A stretch of 63,932 nucleotides of DNA, the filler included, from Ionaspis alba (taxonomy: Eukaryota): the NCBI GenBank assembly GCA_964255285.1. It is 5 parts of 5 records of this genome, joined end to end, with 100 filler letters (N's around TTAATTAATTAA, not from the genome) between each part and the next. Parts side by side here need not be neighbours in the genome. Positions count along the whole stretch, not along the records: positions 1 to 13,362 come from CAXUUL010000465.1; 4 more parts are not named here. One strand, given 5' to 3'. The notes under the pieces are model-generated. The model ran no database searches and was not told where the DNA came from. It saw only the letters and a list, made by a program, of their open reading frames with translations. The translations under genes and the position numbers were made by a program. Below, piece by piece: positions 1 through 12,800 of the stretch. Position 1 is the stretch's first letter. Each line of letters starts with the position of its first letter.

Positions 1-630
1 GCTCCCTTACACGAATCACCGACAAGGCATAATAGCCAGACTTTCATGAACACACTCAATGAGGAGGAGATGCTTGCTGAGCAGATTCTCTCCTCGGTGG
101 ACAACGCCACCCCCTCGCCATCGAGGACCAAACCTTCGTTGATAGAGAGGACGCGGATGTCAATGGCATTTACCAGTCCTCAAAAGCCACTTTTTGGAGC
201 CAGTCTCAATTCACCGGAGACGGTGCCTTCAACACCGTGGCCGAAACATGAAGGGGAGGACACGATGAGTGTCTCAGCATTCGAAGAACATCAAAGGAAA
301 GAAACGCTTCTTGATCGGACACGAGAGTCCATGATACTCATGAGCGCAAGGCCCCAGCTCAGCCGCAAAATATCGAAGACCCGGCATTCGAAGGCGTATC
401 CAACGAACCAATTTGAGTCCCCACAAAAATATGGGGTAGATTATGAGCAATCAATTTTAGAAGAGCTATTGCCAATGGTTGATACGGATTACGATTCTGT
501 CTTCAAGTCTAGGCCAAAGATTGCTTTGAGTCCTCCCTTGCAACCAATTTTGGATAGTCTCCAGGAAACAGAAGGACTCGTGAAGGGTATTGAAGCATTG
601 GACATTGATAGGACTATGCATGTGACATGA
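1..630 (+). CDS. 3' end of a protein, probably fungal augmin subunit HAUS6/Aug6-like (5' truncated)
   Basis: Frame open from the window start to the stop at 630. S/P-rich tail with SLIERTRMSM, LLDRTRESM, YPTNQFESP and DYDSVFKSRPKIALSP, recalled from fungal HAUS6-N domain proteins. The diagnostic N-terminal domain lies outside the window. Confidence 0.5.
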   Translation, partial: APLHESPTRHNSQTFMNTLNEEEMLAEQILSSVDNATPSPSRTKPSLIERTRMSMAFTSPQKPLFGASLNSPETVPSTPWPKHEGEDTMSVSAFEEHQRKETLLDRTRESMILMSARPQLSRKISKTRHSKAYPTNQFESPQKYGVDYEQSILEELLPMVDTDYDSVFKSRPKIALSPPLQPILDSLQETEGLVKGIEALDIDRTMHVT

Positions 631-938
631 TTCTTGGCTTTTGGAAAGGACGAGATATATAACACGAGTATCGAACTGGATAACCACGGCTTAGCATTGG
701 AACGAAGAATGAAGTGAGTCATTCGACTTGTTATTCAGTAGCCCGAGGGAGTTTATGGATCACTCTAGAGGACGTCTTGCAGGACAAAAAGAATCTGCAG
801 GATCAATGTGGAACACAAGCTACCATGATTGTGACCAGGAACCTCGAATGTGACAATTATCAGGCCTTTGTGAGATCTCCGTGGGATCATATCCATTGTC
901 ATGGTCTTGTGATGATGATATGCGGACACTGTCTCCTG

Positions 939-3385
939 TTACGAGGAAAACCCTAGACCTCGAACCTCCTGGTCATCTTTCAAAGCAAGATTGACCTCCT
1001 CTTCCCCAATGTTGAGCCTTATTTTGCCCGTTCTCTCGCCCTTCCGCGGTTCAATCCCGATGACACCAGCCTCCATCAGTTCAACAGCCGCAGCACCCAT
1101 GGCCAATGCCCTCGCGGCCATCCGTCGCTGCATCTGACCAGAAGCAGCTGCTTTGTCGAACGGAGCTCCGTCAATCAGCAAATATTCTTGTACAGCACTA
1201 TTGTTAGCCATTTGACCAAGCCGCTTTGCCTCTTCGATGACATCCCCAAGCACACTCTCTGCAATACCCGTCCTCCTTACCCGTGCAAGCAGTGCCGCAA
1301 GCAGCAATTTCGAAGCCAGCGGCGAAGTCTTCAAGAACTGCTGGAGTGGACTGGAGGTTGCTTCGTTAATAGCCCGTTTGATCGTGCTGATCATGACTCT
1401 ACCCGCAGAACTCTTCTGCGCTCCGGCCTCTTTCAACCTAGCTTTCTTACTCGGTGTTGCGAGCAGTGGGTCTTGAGTAGCCGCACTTTCCGCCTCGGCG
1501 ATCTCGACCGCACGCCTGCAGATGTCGAGGGCACGTCGGGCGTCGCCGCTGACGGCCGCGACTTTGCGACTTGCGAATTGGACGGCGTCAGGATCGACGA
1601 TATTACCGGGAACGCCTTCGAGACGGGATTGAATGATTGTCATTAGTTGGTCGTGGGTGTATCCGGGAAAGGTGATTCGGGTGAGACCTTGCGACTTCAT
1701 CAGCATACCATCACTCAACGTTCCAGCTGGGTGCACACATACCGAGTCGACTACTGATCTTGTTGCTCAGCGTCCGCTCCGGGAGGTCCATGGTATTCGC
1801 CACAGCGAGAACGATCAACCGACTGTGGCGCAGACCCGGCCAATTGAAGAAGTTGTACATAACGCTCTGGTTTTTCGTCACCAGCTGATCGAGCTCATCC
1901 ATCAATACCACGCACGGCACCCGCCGCGGACTCGGATTGCTGAACTCCCTTTCCAGAAGATCTAAAGCATGTGATGGACTAACTCTGTCACCCCGTAGCG
2001 CTTCCCAGAGCAGTGAGTAAGACTGGTGCGGATCTGTGACTTTCATGCCGTTGATCTCTACGAAGATGAAGTCGTCTAGCTCTTCTGCTCGTACGGCTGC
2101 CTCGAGTTGCGCCACCACCTCACGAACAGTGGCTGTCTTGCCTGTGCCGGGCACACCGGAGATGTAGATGCAGGAGCCGGAGCCGTCGGAGATGGCGGCT
2201 TCGAGGTGGGAGTAGACGGTTGCGAAGGCTTCTTCGCGGCATGGTAGGGAGGTGGGGACTGCGGAGACGTGGAGGCGGGTTCGGGCGATCTGGAAGGGAG
2301 AGGAGGTTGTGTGGCTTGGGGAGAGGATGCGTGTGCCTAGGGGCGTAAATTCTAGCGGCTTTTTGACAATGACTCTGTTGATTGTTAGAAAAGGATTTTT
2401 GCAGATATCTTGTGCTGAAGCGATCTACCTCTTGTGAGTCGGAGTTGTGAATTTCTGAGGCGTTCGTGCGGTGGACTTGGACTTGGACTTGGACTTAGGT
2501 GTTGTAGCAGGTTGGAACTTCTGCCGCTTTCTTGGAGTTGTGGGATCTTTGTCGTCGCCGTCGCCAGTTTCCCACTGCCACGTGGATTAGCATGCATCAC
2601 TCCGAGAGAAGATCATGGCTATTTACGTTGAGAGTTTCGTCTTCAGAAGTTTTGGTCCTCTTCCTTTTCCGCGTAGCTTTAGTCTGTGTTTTGATCCGCT
2701 CTACCAAGCTGTCAATGTCTCCTGGGCCGTGGTATATATCTTCCCAAACAAATTCATCGGTGTATGTAGCTGTCCGAGTATTGCAACCTCTCCTGCAAAC
2801 GAAGATCTTGCCATAATCCGAAGACGACTTGGGGACTTTGCCGGACGGATACTTCTTTTGGAATGCTGCTGGAGAGACAATCTTTGCTTTGCCATTGATC
2901 GAAGCTAGAGGATTGATATCCCACGAAGGCGTAATGTAGAGCTCATTCTATTCCACTATGTTCAGATATTGGGTCCCACTTCCCTGCGCCGGCCTTGCAC
3001 ATACCGGTAAGGCATCCATCCTCTTTTTCTGTTTATTTCGGATCTCCTTCTCTGTCGAGAACCACATAAAGTCGGCCATCTTCTCATCCTCCTCCTCGTC
3101 TTCTTGGAAAGAAACAATAAGGCCCACCCACGCTTCGTTGGACCCTTCAGCCTTCAAAAGAACACAGTCTCCCAGCTTGCACTGGAAGCCTCCCATACGA
3201 GCGCCGATAATCTCTCTCGTGCGAGAGGTTTCTCCCCTCTCGTAGAGCCATTCCCACGGGTAATCCTCAAGGCCGAGCTCATCGTCCGAGTCCTCTCTTG
3301 TGACGCCTCCTCCTGTCAGAAAGCGCCTCGCTCGCTCTGCTCTGAGCTTCTGGCTTTCCTGTCGGTCGGTAGTTCTAGAGGGCAT
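939..3385 (-). CDS. ORC1: Origin recognition complex subunit 1 (BAH + AAA+ ATPase), multi-exon
   Basis: BAH region (GDCVLLKAEGSNEAWVGLI, FMWFSTEKEI). Walker A CIYISGVPGTGKTATVREV, Walker B VVLMDELDQL, ANTMDLPER, AAVSGDARRALDICRRAVE. About 4 introns. Confidence 0.96.
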
Positions 3386-3493
3386 AATTGAATGTAGTAG
3401 TAAAGTCAATTGGTGCTTTGCTAAAAAGACTGACTCGCGATATGCGAACCACTTTCAGATTGCCAAGTCAAGAAATCAATCAAAGATCAGGAA

Positions 3494-3507
3494 GACGCGA
3501 CGCGCGT
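3494..3507. promoter_or_regulatory. MCB-like (ACGCG) cluster upstream of ORC1
   Basis: GACGCGACGCGCGT about 110 nt upstream of the ORC1 ATG. CGCG-core elements are MBF sites of G1/S replication genes. Confidence 0.4.
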
Positions 3508-3563
3508 GTTTTTCGTGTAGCCGAGGCTTCGGCTCGATAGAAGGACCCAGCTACTATCCAGTA

Positions 3564-3663
3564 NNNNNNNNNNNNNNNNNNNNNNNNNNNNNNNNNNNNN
3601 NNNNNNNNNNNNNNNNNNNNNNNNNNNNNNNNNNNNNNNNNNNNNNNNNNNNNNNNNNNNNNN
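3564..3663. other. 100-N scaffold gap with 55-nt duplicated flanks (assembly artifact)
   Basis: 3509-3563 is identical to 3664-3718. Confidence 0.95.
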
Positions 3664-4351
3664 TTTTTCGTGTAGCCGAGGCTTCGGCTCGATAGAAGGA
3701 CCCAGCTACTATCCAGTACGCTCAATGTACTGCTATCTGACCTATGATCCTTGATTCTTTACAGTTGATCTTCTAGACTGCCAGGCAGGGACATCTAGAT
3801 GAGGCTGACTTGCATTCCATTGCTACAGGACACTTTATGAGATATCTATCAGCTGCTACTTATCAAAGCGTTTCAATGTGGTCTATGCAGATATATTCCC
3901 TGTTCCTGACAATTATTCATTGGTCTCCTATCTCTTCTTCAAGCGGTCTTTCGCTTGCTATTGGAGAACCGTTTCTCCGGCCAGCCTGCGCCCGATTCAA
4001 ACAGTCTCAATGGATGGCAGAATTTCTGCACATAGTCTAAGATACCTTTGAACAATAATGGTATTCGGTTAATTTTTATGCCTGATTCGTTGAGCAAATG
4101 CTGCTGCTGCATTATTATTGGGGCCGCTTTTCCTTCTTGCCCTATTCGATCTGCAAGGCCCCGAACCAGCCTAAAGCCACACCCTGTGATCTCACTTTGT
4201 TTGCTAAACGTCAACACTGTGATACCTACCCATCACAAAATTTTTGTCACTCCGTTCTATGCTCACCACCCTCAAACACCTAATCTCTTCTCGAATTCAT
4301 GCTAGTGCTTTCTGTCACCTCAAGCCACCCACTCTTCTACTACACAGCGGT

Positions 4352-6901
4352 ATGGATTACGAGAGATTGAATGCCCTGGAGTGGCAGCAGGTCAAGCCAG
4401 ATGGAGGTCGCTATCAGTATGAAGACAATGACTCGGAGTACGAGTCTGAAGATGACATTCCTTCCACTGGACCTCATCCCAGCTACCTTGAGCCGTTGAG
4501 AACTCCCGTGCAGGCTACTCGACCTGTAGCTACGCAAACGTCCCAGGTGGCCAGGAGCTCGACTATAGCTAACTTAGAGGCTGCCCAAGTCAATGTACCA
4601 CGAGGGTCCACAGACAAGCCTCACGCCCGTCGACTGCAGTACAAGAAAGACACTCAGGCTGAAGCAAGATGGAGAGCTAAGAAGCCTGCAGATGGTAAGG
4701 TCCTGTCTATGAGGTCAAGGCCATGGGCTGAAAAGTTCCAGGTGTTTTCGATCTGCCGGCACCATACCTAGATCTTGCAGCAAGGTTCGCACTTTCCTGG
4801 TATAAATGATAACATTGTCGCTGACGTCGGTAGTCTCCAACAAGCAGCCGGGCTACCCAAACTGTCTCCAGCCAATGTATACGAACCACTTTCAGAGATT
4901 GCCGCTCGTACCAAAACCTTTATCCGTGTCCCAGGTCCCCGAGATCAACAATTGCATATATGGGGTACTCAGAAGAGCTTCGTGGAAGCAGCTCAACGCC
5001 AGCTGGCTGCGTGGATTCGTCCACCAAGTCAAGTTCCTGCCCGTCGTCTACATCAGCGGTCTCAACCATACGGCAGCAACAAAATCTCTCATTCCAAATC
5101 CATGCCCTCCGTTCATCCCCAAACTCCGAAGGATATCAAGAAGATCGAAAAGGCAATCGAAGAAAGAAGGAAGAAAGAGATATATCGTCAAGATCCAGAC
5201 CCCAAAGAAGTCTTTGCGTACACTGTAAGATGTTGCTGTAGTAATTGTATTTGCAGTGTAGCTCAACTTCACAGGGCATCTTTGTCTGGCCATTGGGCGA
5301 GACCAGACCAGAACACTTCTTTGGTGTCAACTTCGCGGCCTTGGATCCTTTACGCATGTGGCTGGATTGCTTCATCACATTCGACAGTCAAACCTCGATC
5401 TTCAAGATCTTGCTGAGCGACAAAGATGATGGGCAACCAAGCGATGGTGCCGCAAGAGTTCAATTAGGGGTTGAGCGCCTTCGAACTGCACTTTGCGAAT
5501 GTGCCACACGAGACAGTACTCCATTCGAGATTTACCTCGCTGAATTAGCACCTGCGGTAGTAGCCAGGAAAGAAGTACGGGTGATTGACGTGACATCGGA
5601 GTCTTCAAATAGCGCAGATGGAACATTCGGTGCTAGTGCTGGTGGCCGTCCTGGTCTCTACCGTCATATCCTGGAAACGACCGGTACCCGTGTAGGTGAG
5701 CACGAGCAAAGAGCATGGGAGGAAGAAAGAAGTAAGCGAGCCAACAACAATCGGAAGATCATGAAGCAAACAGCTCGCCGCGCCTTATCTCGCCTGGTAT
5801 TCTATAGAGGACGAGTACAGTTGAGAGTCCGCATTGGATCATTCATCTTCACAAGACACTTTTGGACGCCACAAGCCGAGCGTATGCCTATTGACGAAGT
5901 CCTAAAGCATCTGCAAGATCCGAACACTCGAGGGGAAATGCAACAGAGGTAGGTAGTATCGAGCTCCCAATTGTGATGTTATTGGCTCAAGGAATTGCAG
6001 GATTCCAGCGGCAGAGAATGCGAGCAGCCTCTTCATGAGAGCTTGTGAAGCATCGACATTGCTTGATCCTATGGATAGCATGACCGAGCGTCTGGAAGAC
6101 GTCAAACCGGTGTACATTGCAACCTTCCACCATCAATTGAGCTACTCAGAATGGCTGAAATTCCAGGTCGAAGCTCGCTCGGTCTCAGCGAGTGGAGACT
6201 GGTATGAGATCTGCGAGCGCCAATTGACAAGACATGACAGCGCTACACGAGATCCTTTGCAGATATTCATTGTACCGCTACGAAAGTAAGTCATTTTCAA
6301 TATTGAAGTAATCCATTAACGAAGCGCTAGGGCCATCACATGGGAACTGAACGCCACCGCAGATTACGTTGTCGACCAATCAAAGATGAATGCCGATCGA
6401 ACAAATTTCCTCAAGTCTGTTCAGTTACTGACACCAACGGGCAATGCCTTGTCACCAGGAGCTGCAGAACTGATGTTCAATTTTCCTTCGGAAGGAGTCC
6501 AGCATTTCCAACAGAAAACCGCATGGCGTTATCGTCTGAAGGGGAGCTGCGGATATGTTCTCGAGATCGCTCGATACGACACGTTCGACCTCAAGAACAA
6601 ATACGGGTCTTCGAGACCGGCAGATAGGAAGCCGAAGACGACCCACTGGGGTGCCTCCTTCTGGAACGAAATATGGGACGAGAAGTTGAGCACAAATGCT
6701 TCCTTGGAGATTGGCCTAAAGGCAAACTGGGATCCGTCTTTAGATTCCTTCTTTCCTAAAAATTACCGGACGCAGTCAGAGGCTCCTGGCGCTGGATTTG
6801 ACGACTTCCTTCACAATGTGCAGGCTGTGATGAACATATTGAATGATCCGATAGATACGACATTGAAGCCCAATGGGCATGTCAATGGATTCATGCATTG
6901 A
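4352..6901 (+). CDS. Uncharacterised fungal protein with a KH-like N-terminal module (possibly DUF7905-type family), multi-exon
   Basis: A spliced frame can be built with introns 4695-4741, 4785-4833, ~5225-5273, ~5949-6000 and ~6286-6331. The segment LSEIAARTKTFIRVPGPRDQQLHIWGTQKSFVEAAQRQL resembles a KH fold. The family name is from recall only. Confidence 0.7.
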
Positions 6902-7081
6902 ACTGCCCAAGGGTGAAGATAATAGTCATTGTGCTTCAGGGTAGATGGAGTTGCCCTTTCAGACTGGCACAAGTGGCTGGATACTCTGCACGTATCAAGC
7001 ATTGCGAAATGCGATTAGCCTGGCAAAGAGCTAGAAGAGTATGAATGACCAGACAGTCGATTTCGAGGGAGCTATGGAGCA

Positions 7082-7830
7082 TTAAGTCCCGGAAGACTGC
7101 TGGCTACTGATAACCTTCTGCCTCAAAACTGCGTACAATATCAGTATACAGATCTATCAAACATCAAGATCTCACTCAGCTGATCCTACCATCTTCAACA
7201 ACATTCAAGTTATTCGACTTCCCCTGCACAATTCCTTCCAAGTCCTTCAGGTTCTTCCCCAGATCCTCTATCCTCGCATTATAGAACACCGCCGCGTCTT
7301 TCGTAGTCTATCTCGAATTCAGCTTGTATGCTCTCACTGCCAGCTGATTGTCTAGAGATCGTGCGGAACACAGTAACCCACCTTCTCGACGTAGAATCCA
7401 GTCCCCACATCCACAATCACATGATCCGCATCCGCGAGCTTCCCGGGCACATAAAGCGAGGTCGTCAGAGGAACGAGCAACGGTTTGCCTGTGCTTCCTC
7501 AATCAGCCCTCTCTTCTACAAAGTGTACTGCCCCCTCCATCGATCCTGCTCTCCAAGCAAACGTACCCACTGTCGCCTCCGACACGCCCGCACTAATCGA
7601 TTTCAAACATTCGCGGAATTTGGCCTGCGCGGCACGCAGTTTCTGGAAGGAGGAAGTGAGATGCTCGAGCTCGTCGTCCAACTGCTTCTTCACTTGGCTG
7701 AGCTGTTGTGCGCTGAGGGAGGCGAGGTCGACTGTTTGGCCGGAAGAGGGCTCGTCAGTCGGTTTCTGGAGACTCAGGGGTGTGGACGGATCTTGCCTGT
7801 CTGGCCTTGAGGAGGGCCGGAGGCGGACAT
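7082..7830 (-). CDS. GIM5: Prefoldin subunit 5 (alpha type)
   Basis: [92 protein letters not shown]. Three introns, the first GC-AG. Confidence 0.95.
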
Positions 7831-8569
7831 GGTGTGAGCGGCCTATAGGTTATCGTATGAGTTTGGTCGAGACTACTGGTGTCGTTACAAATAAGGTGGT
7901 GGTGGTAGAGCAGGCGAAATTTCGAGGACAGGCTCACACATTGAACCTCATTACCGAAGTCCTCTTTCATTATTAAATTATAGCCAATGGATAATAAGCT
8001 TTATACGACTTTAAGGGTCCTCAAAATCACCCTTGTCCTCTGATCGGACCCCTGTTCATGCTAACCTCCAACTAAATTGAGCACGACTTAAGGGACTAGG
8101 TAGTTAATGTACATCCGCTATTGTGCACACAAATCAGGGGGCTGCCGTTCCGTAAATTGGAGGTGGATTGAATGAAGGACATGTGACAATGAGTATGAGT
8201 GTGCATCAAATCCAACCCTCTGGACCTCTCTCTGTTCAAAACATGGAGTTGTACCCTTGTTTGCCTCACTCAACTGTATCTTCTTTCCTCCATGAAGCCG
8301 CACAGGTATTGGTTTTCCATCGGTAGCGCCGCATATTCCTGCAACATGGACTGGACTGGGTGACGTCCTGTCAGTATAAGAATGTTCTTATTGGGTTTGG
8401 ATACCGGCGAGCTGCTCGATAATAGGTACTACGTTTTCCCTACAGCGACTTAGCAGACCATTCTGACGATTGCAGTAGTCGACACTGGAAAATCATAACT
8501 CATGTGCTTGACGTGATCATATGATATATCGGGGGTTCATGAACAAATCCACAGTACATGCTCATGGTG

Positions 8570-8928
8570 TCATGAAAAGTATCGTCTTTCACCATTAACT
8601 GTGAAGGACGTGACCACCATTGAGTCCCGAACCTCAAATGTCCTGATGTCGTCGCCTACTTCTACCACGGTACTGCAAAATGCATTACCAGTGGCAATGC
8701 CTGGCTTGCGAGTCTCAAACTCCCGGAAGGAATTTAGATCACTCGGCAGTGACCTACCAGAGCTTCTTCCAAGTAATGTCAAGGTTTCTGCTACCTTTCA
8801 CACAACGCTCTTTGTTGTGACTGCACGAGAACATCTCCAGAAGCTTGAATTTGGGCCAGTGGCTGTCTTCCTAAAGTCACCTTCTCTGGCTGCTGAAACG
8901 CTACCGCAATTATCGTATCATCCATCAT
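8570..8928 (-). pseudogene. Decayed zinc-dependent (MDR) alcohol dehydrogenase fragment
   Basis: IIAVAFQQPEKVTLGRQPLAQIQASGDVLVQSQQRALC...SDLNSFREF...GIATGNAFCSTVVEVGDDIRTFEVRDSMVVTSFTVNGERRYF follows the GroES-like ADH N-terminus. GHEF has become GNAF, the structural-Zn cysteines are lost, and a stop follows at 8570. Confidence 0.65.
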
Positions 8929-9385
8929 GATGGACGGCTTCACATCGAGATTGTGAGCTAACTCAGATGCACATTGATTGTCATACACTCGTAGGACAAC
9001 GGTCTGAGATGAGGTAAAGCAAATGTCACGTCCTATTGACAATGATGGGAACTAAGTTAACGCTTGATAGGCCACGCCCATTTCTCTACAAACGTCGCGT
9101 GGACCCGTGAGCTTTTTGAGTTTGCATTAGGGCAGAGCAAGGCTAGTCCTGACACAAACGACAACGGCTGCCTCAAACTTATAGGTCATATCAACCACCC
9201 ATTCTCTATATGTTGCATCAAGCGCGGACTTGGTACTTGTAGCCATCCGGTTCAGACTTCTTCTCTCATCACCACCATTCTGCACGCTCGACGCACAGTC
9301 GCTCTCTGTGCTTACATCTAGCTGCTGAGACTATCATACCTTCAGGCACACTTAGACATCATTCTCGAGAACCCATCATATCAAG

Positions 9386-9812
9386 GTGAGCCCTGTCCTC
9401 ACAGATGAGGTTTTTCCATGGCACATTTCTCTCCATCTTCTTCTTCATCATCATCACCGATGTTCTTTACTCTATGGTCCCAGCCCTTCAGCATTGTCTT
9501 ACATTTTCGCATCTCCAACTTCAAGATTAAGAACTGCTCCGTCTGAATCATCCCTCAACTCTAATATCACCCTCTCTTCTCTTCATCAAGCGTGGAATCG
9601 AGATACTTCAAGGTCCACCTCCCACCCAAACTTCATCTCTACATCTGCAAACAAACTCCCATTATCTTCTTTTCATCTTCATTTCCGCCTCCACACCGAA
9701 GTCAAGGAGGTCTCCTTATTTCTTTCACATGCCGCCTTCAATACAACTTTCAATCTCCCACTGCTTCTCATTCATGGGACGTTCAACAATCTGACTTGCC
9801 TTTTCACTTTAG
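9386..9812 (+). other. Probable 427-nt 5'-UTR intron of the Argonaute gene
   Basis: Donor AAG|GTGAGC at 9386, branch CTGAC at 9791, polypyrimidine tract and TAG at 9810-9812, 25 nt before the ATG at 9838. Confidence 0.55.
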
Positions 9813-9837
9813 ATAAGCTCAACTACATTTCGTTCCA

Positions 9838-12800
9838 ATGTCGAATCACCGTGACAAGCGACGTGGTGCTAGCCGTGACCCATATCGTGAGAGGTCTCCA
9901 AGTCGAGATTCTAATCGATATCAGCGCTCCAGAGATGATTCCCGAAGTAGTCGGCCAAGAGACCACGGGTCGTACGATAACCGCAGTCAGAGCTCGTACC
10001 AAGACCATCGCAGAGCTCAGTATGACAACGATAGCAGGACCTCACGAGGCTACGAAAGTCGCGGTCGAGGATCGTCAAGCATGGAAGATAGTCGAGGGCT
10101 CCCATCACACATAGGCAGTAGTCGCAGTTATGAAGGAACTCAGCATACTACTGTTCCAGGTGAAGAGCTCACCGAACTGCCCTCGGTTGTCGAGATTCCT
10201 TCAAAAGTTGGGGCCAAACTACAACTGGACATGGTTAAACCTCGGGGCCGCTCGGGGCGAGAAATAACTGTGGCTGTTAACCATTTTGTCATTCAGAGCC
10301 TGCCGATCGTCAAGGTGGTTGAGATATCTGATCCGTACAACACCTTTATATGCTGATTGAAATAGATCTACCAGATGGAAGTGCTCATGCGGGTCCCCCC
10401 TTCATCTCAGCGCCGTGGATCGGAGAAGGTCTCCGCAATGCAGCAGGCAAAGGTGCTTCTACAGGCGAAGAGCTTCTTAGGGCCGGATTTCGTTTTCGAT
10501 AACGTCTCACTCGGATGGACAACGAAGCTACTAATGCCAGTTTCGGAGTCGCGATCTTCAACCATTGATCTTCCCGGACACGTCGCAGAGCGTCCTAACC
10601 AGGTGGAAGTGACAGTAAGAAATCTGGGTCCACTCAATGTGCGTGCGCTAGTTGCTTACCTGCAATCGTCGAACTCCGGAACCTCGTCTCATGGTTCGAC
10701 TACCGTCGAGGATTGTTTCAAGGCGTTGAATGCGATCTATCGACAAGATCCCGCCTCGAGGTTCATTACACGACGACACTCTTCAGCCTTCTTTCAACGC
10801 TCGCCGAGCTTGATGATGACACTCCAATCTACAGGAGGCATACTTGAAGCTTTACGAGGCGCTTTCCAGTCCGTCAACTTTCTTTTCGGAAGACTTACCA
10901 TCAACGTCGATGTTGTTACGTCGGCCTTCTACACTCCCGACGTGTGTATGGTTGACGTTGCAAGAGCGCTGTGTGGTGTCCCTCCTGGTCAGAAACTCGA
11001 ACATATGAGCGGTTCGACAATGTTCGTTGAGGCGTGTGAGCGCATTGTAGGCATGTTTTTCTGCGTGCGACATCTGAACTCGACCAAAAATTCTCGCAAG
11101 ATGCGCGTTCAAAAGTTGAGCACGAAAGGTGCACGTGAGACGACTTTCGAGTTGAAAGATCATGCCAACGGCTCCACCAAGACCATAAGTATCTTCGATT
11201 ACTTTATGAAAAGATATGAGATCAAGATTCGGTATGTAGACCTCCCACTTCTCATCTGCAAGGATGGCATGTTTCCAAGTGAGTATCCAACAATCAGCCG
11301 CTGTTCACAGGTGCTGATAGTGTCTTAGTGGAATTGTGTTTCACGGCTTGTGGGGAGAGATACAAAGAGGTGCTCCAGGGTCAAGAAACTGCAGACTTTA
11401 TCAACTTTGCAACAAGCCCTGCACACGTACGGAAAATCCAGATCATGGACAACGTCAAGCGTCTACACTGGCATAGGCTCGAGATTCCCAAATCTATGGG
11501 ACTCTCGGTTACTACTTCTATGCTTCAGCTTCTCGGGCGGGTGCTCCCAAGTCCGATTCCATTATATGGAGCTGGTACGGACGCCACTGCTCCGATTTCC
11601 GGTCAATGGAACCTGAGGTATAAGAAACTTCTTCGACCTTGCGACGTCTCTGCATGGGGACTCTTATACTTACCTGGAGGGCATCGCATGGCGCAGGAAG
11701 ACGACCTGAGAGCCTTTACGCGAGCTTTAGCGAAATCATTGGCTGATCTTGGCATACGTGCTCCAAATTCGCCTCCAGCGATGCTAAAGGGGAATCCCCA
11801 GGGCTCACTTAAGGAGGAAGTCGGCAACCTTCTGGGTAAGACTGGAAATTTGTACAAGCGGAAACCTGACCTTCTGCTTTTCTTGCTCCACGAACACGCG
11901 AGTCCTTCGATCTACAAAGCCTTGAAAAACCTGTGTGAAATCCACTTCGGGATACCTTCCCAGATGCTTCTTGTCGAGAAGTGTCTCAAGATTAAAGGGC
12001 AACCCCAATATCTGGCCAACTGTGGTCTAAAGATCAATTGTAAATTGGGTGGTACCAACTCGTCTATCGATGAGCCACTGTTCCGGAAAACAAGGTTCAT
12101 GATATTAGGTGGTGAGTTTTTAGCCAAATCTTTAAGCATGTCTTCCCGACTGATCTTTGTCAAGGGGACGTTAGTCATCCTTCCCCTGGCGAACTTCGAA
12201 AATTGCCTCCACCCCCATCATTCTGTGCGCTGGTTGCAAGCTACGACAAAGCGTGTGTGACATATACTGCAATCGCTTCAGCCCAAGCTGCTACGGAAGA
12301 GCTTATTGACGCCTTCAAAGTGATGGCAGAAGAAATGCTGAAAAGATATCAGAAGAAGAACGGAAATCTTCCTCAGGCGATTATGTACATGAGAGACGGT
12401 ATCGCCGAGTCTCAGTTACCCGCTTTTATGGCGTCAGAGTGCAAAGCATTGAAGGGTACGTTGCTAGATTGACCACTAATGATATATGCTGACAGCATGG
12501 TAGAAGCCTGCCAAAGCACCGGCCACGACATTAATCTTACGGTGGTCAACTGTGTTAAGAATCATCACACGAGGCTGTTCCCGCTGTCAGAAAAGGGTGA
12601 CCGGCTTGGCAATGTCCCGCCTGGTACAGTCGTTGAAGCATCACCGGATAAAGACATCTTCCTCGTCAGCCAATCTGCTTTGCAAGGCACTTGGTGAGTT
12701 GCATATTCCTTTCGGCCGGAACATCCAAATGCTAATAAATTCCTAGTCGTCCGTGTCACTATAAGAAAATTCTCGATGAGAACAACCTAAGTGACGACGA

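Noticed and set aside
2473..2496. (GGACTT)4 hexamer repeat, possibly telomere-like
   Set aside because: It is coding: KSKSKSKS in the disordered, CDK-site-rich linker of ORC1. Not TTAGGG.
3509..3718. Hairpin-containing direct repeats flanking a gap, as a CRISPR-like array or LTR/TSD
   Set aside because: Only two copies, exactly 55 nt, with the same pattern at two other gaps. Assembler overlap artifact.
9386..10114. 242-aa ORF overlapping the Argonaute start
   Set aside because: It begins at a GTG that is a splice donor, runs through a pyrimidine-rich intron that is naturally poor in stop codons, and has no recognisable domain.
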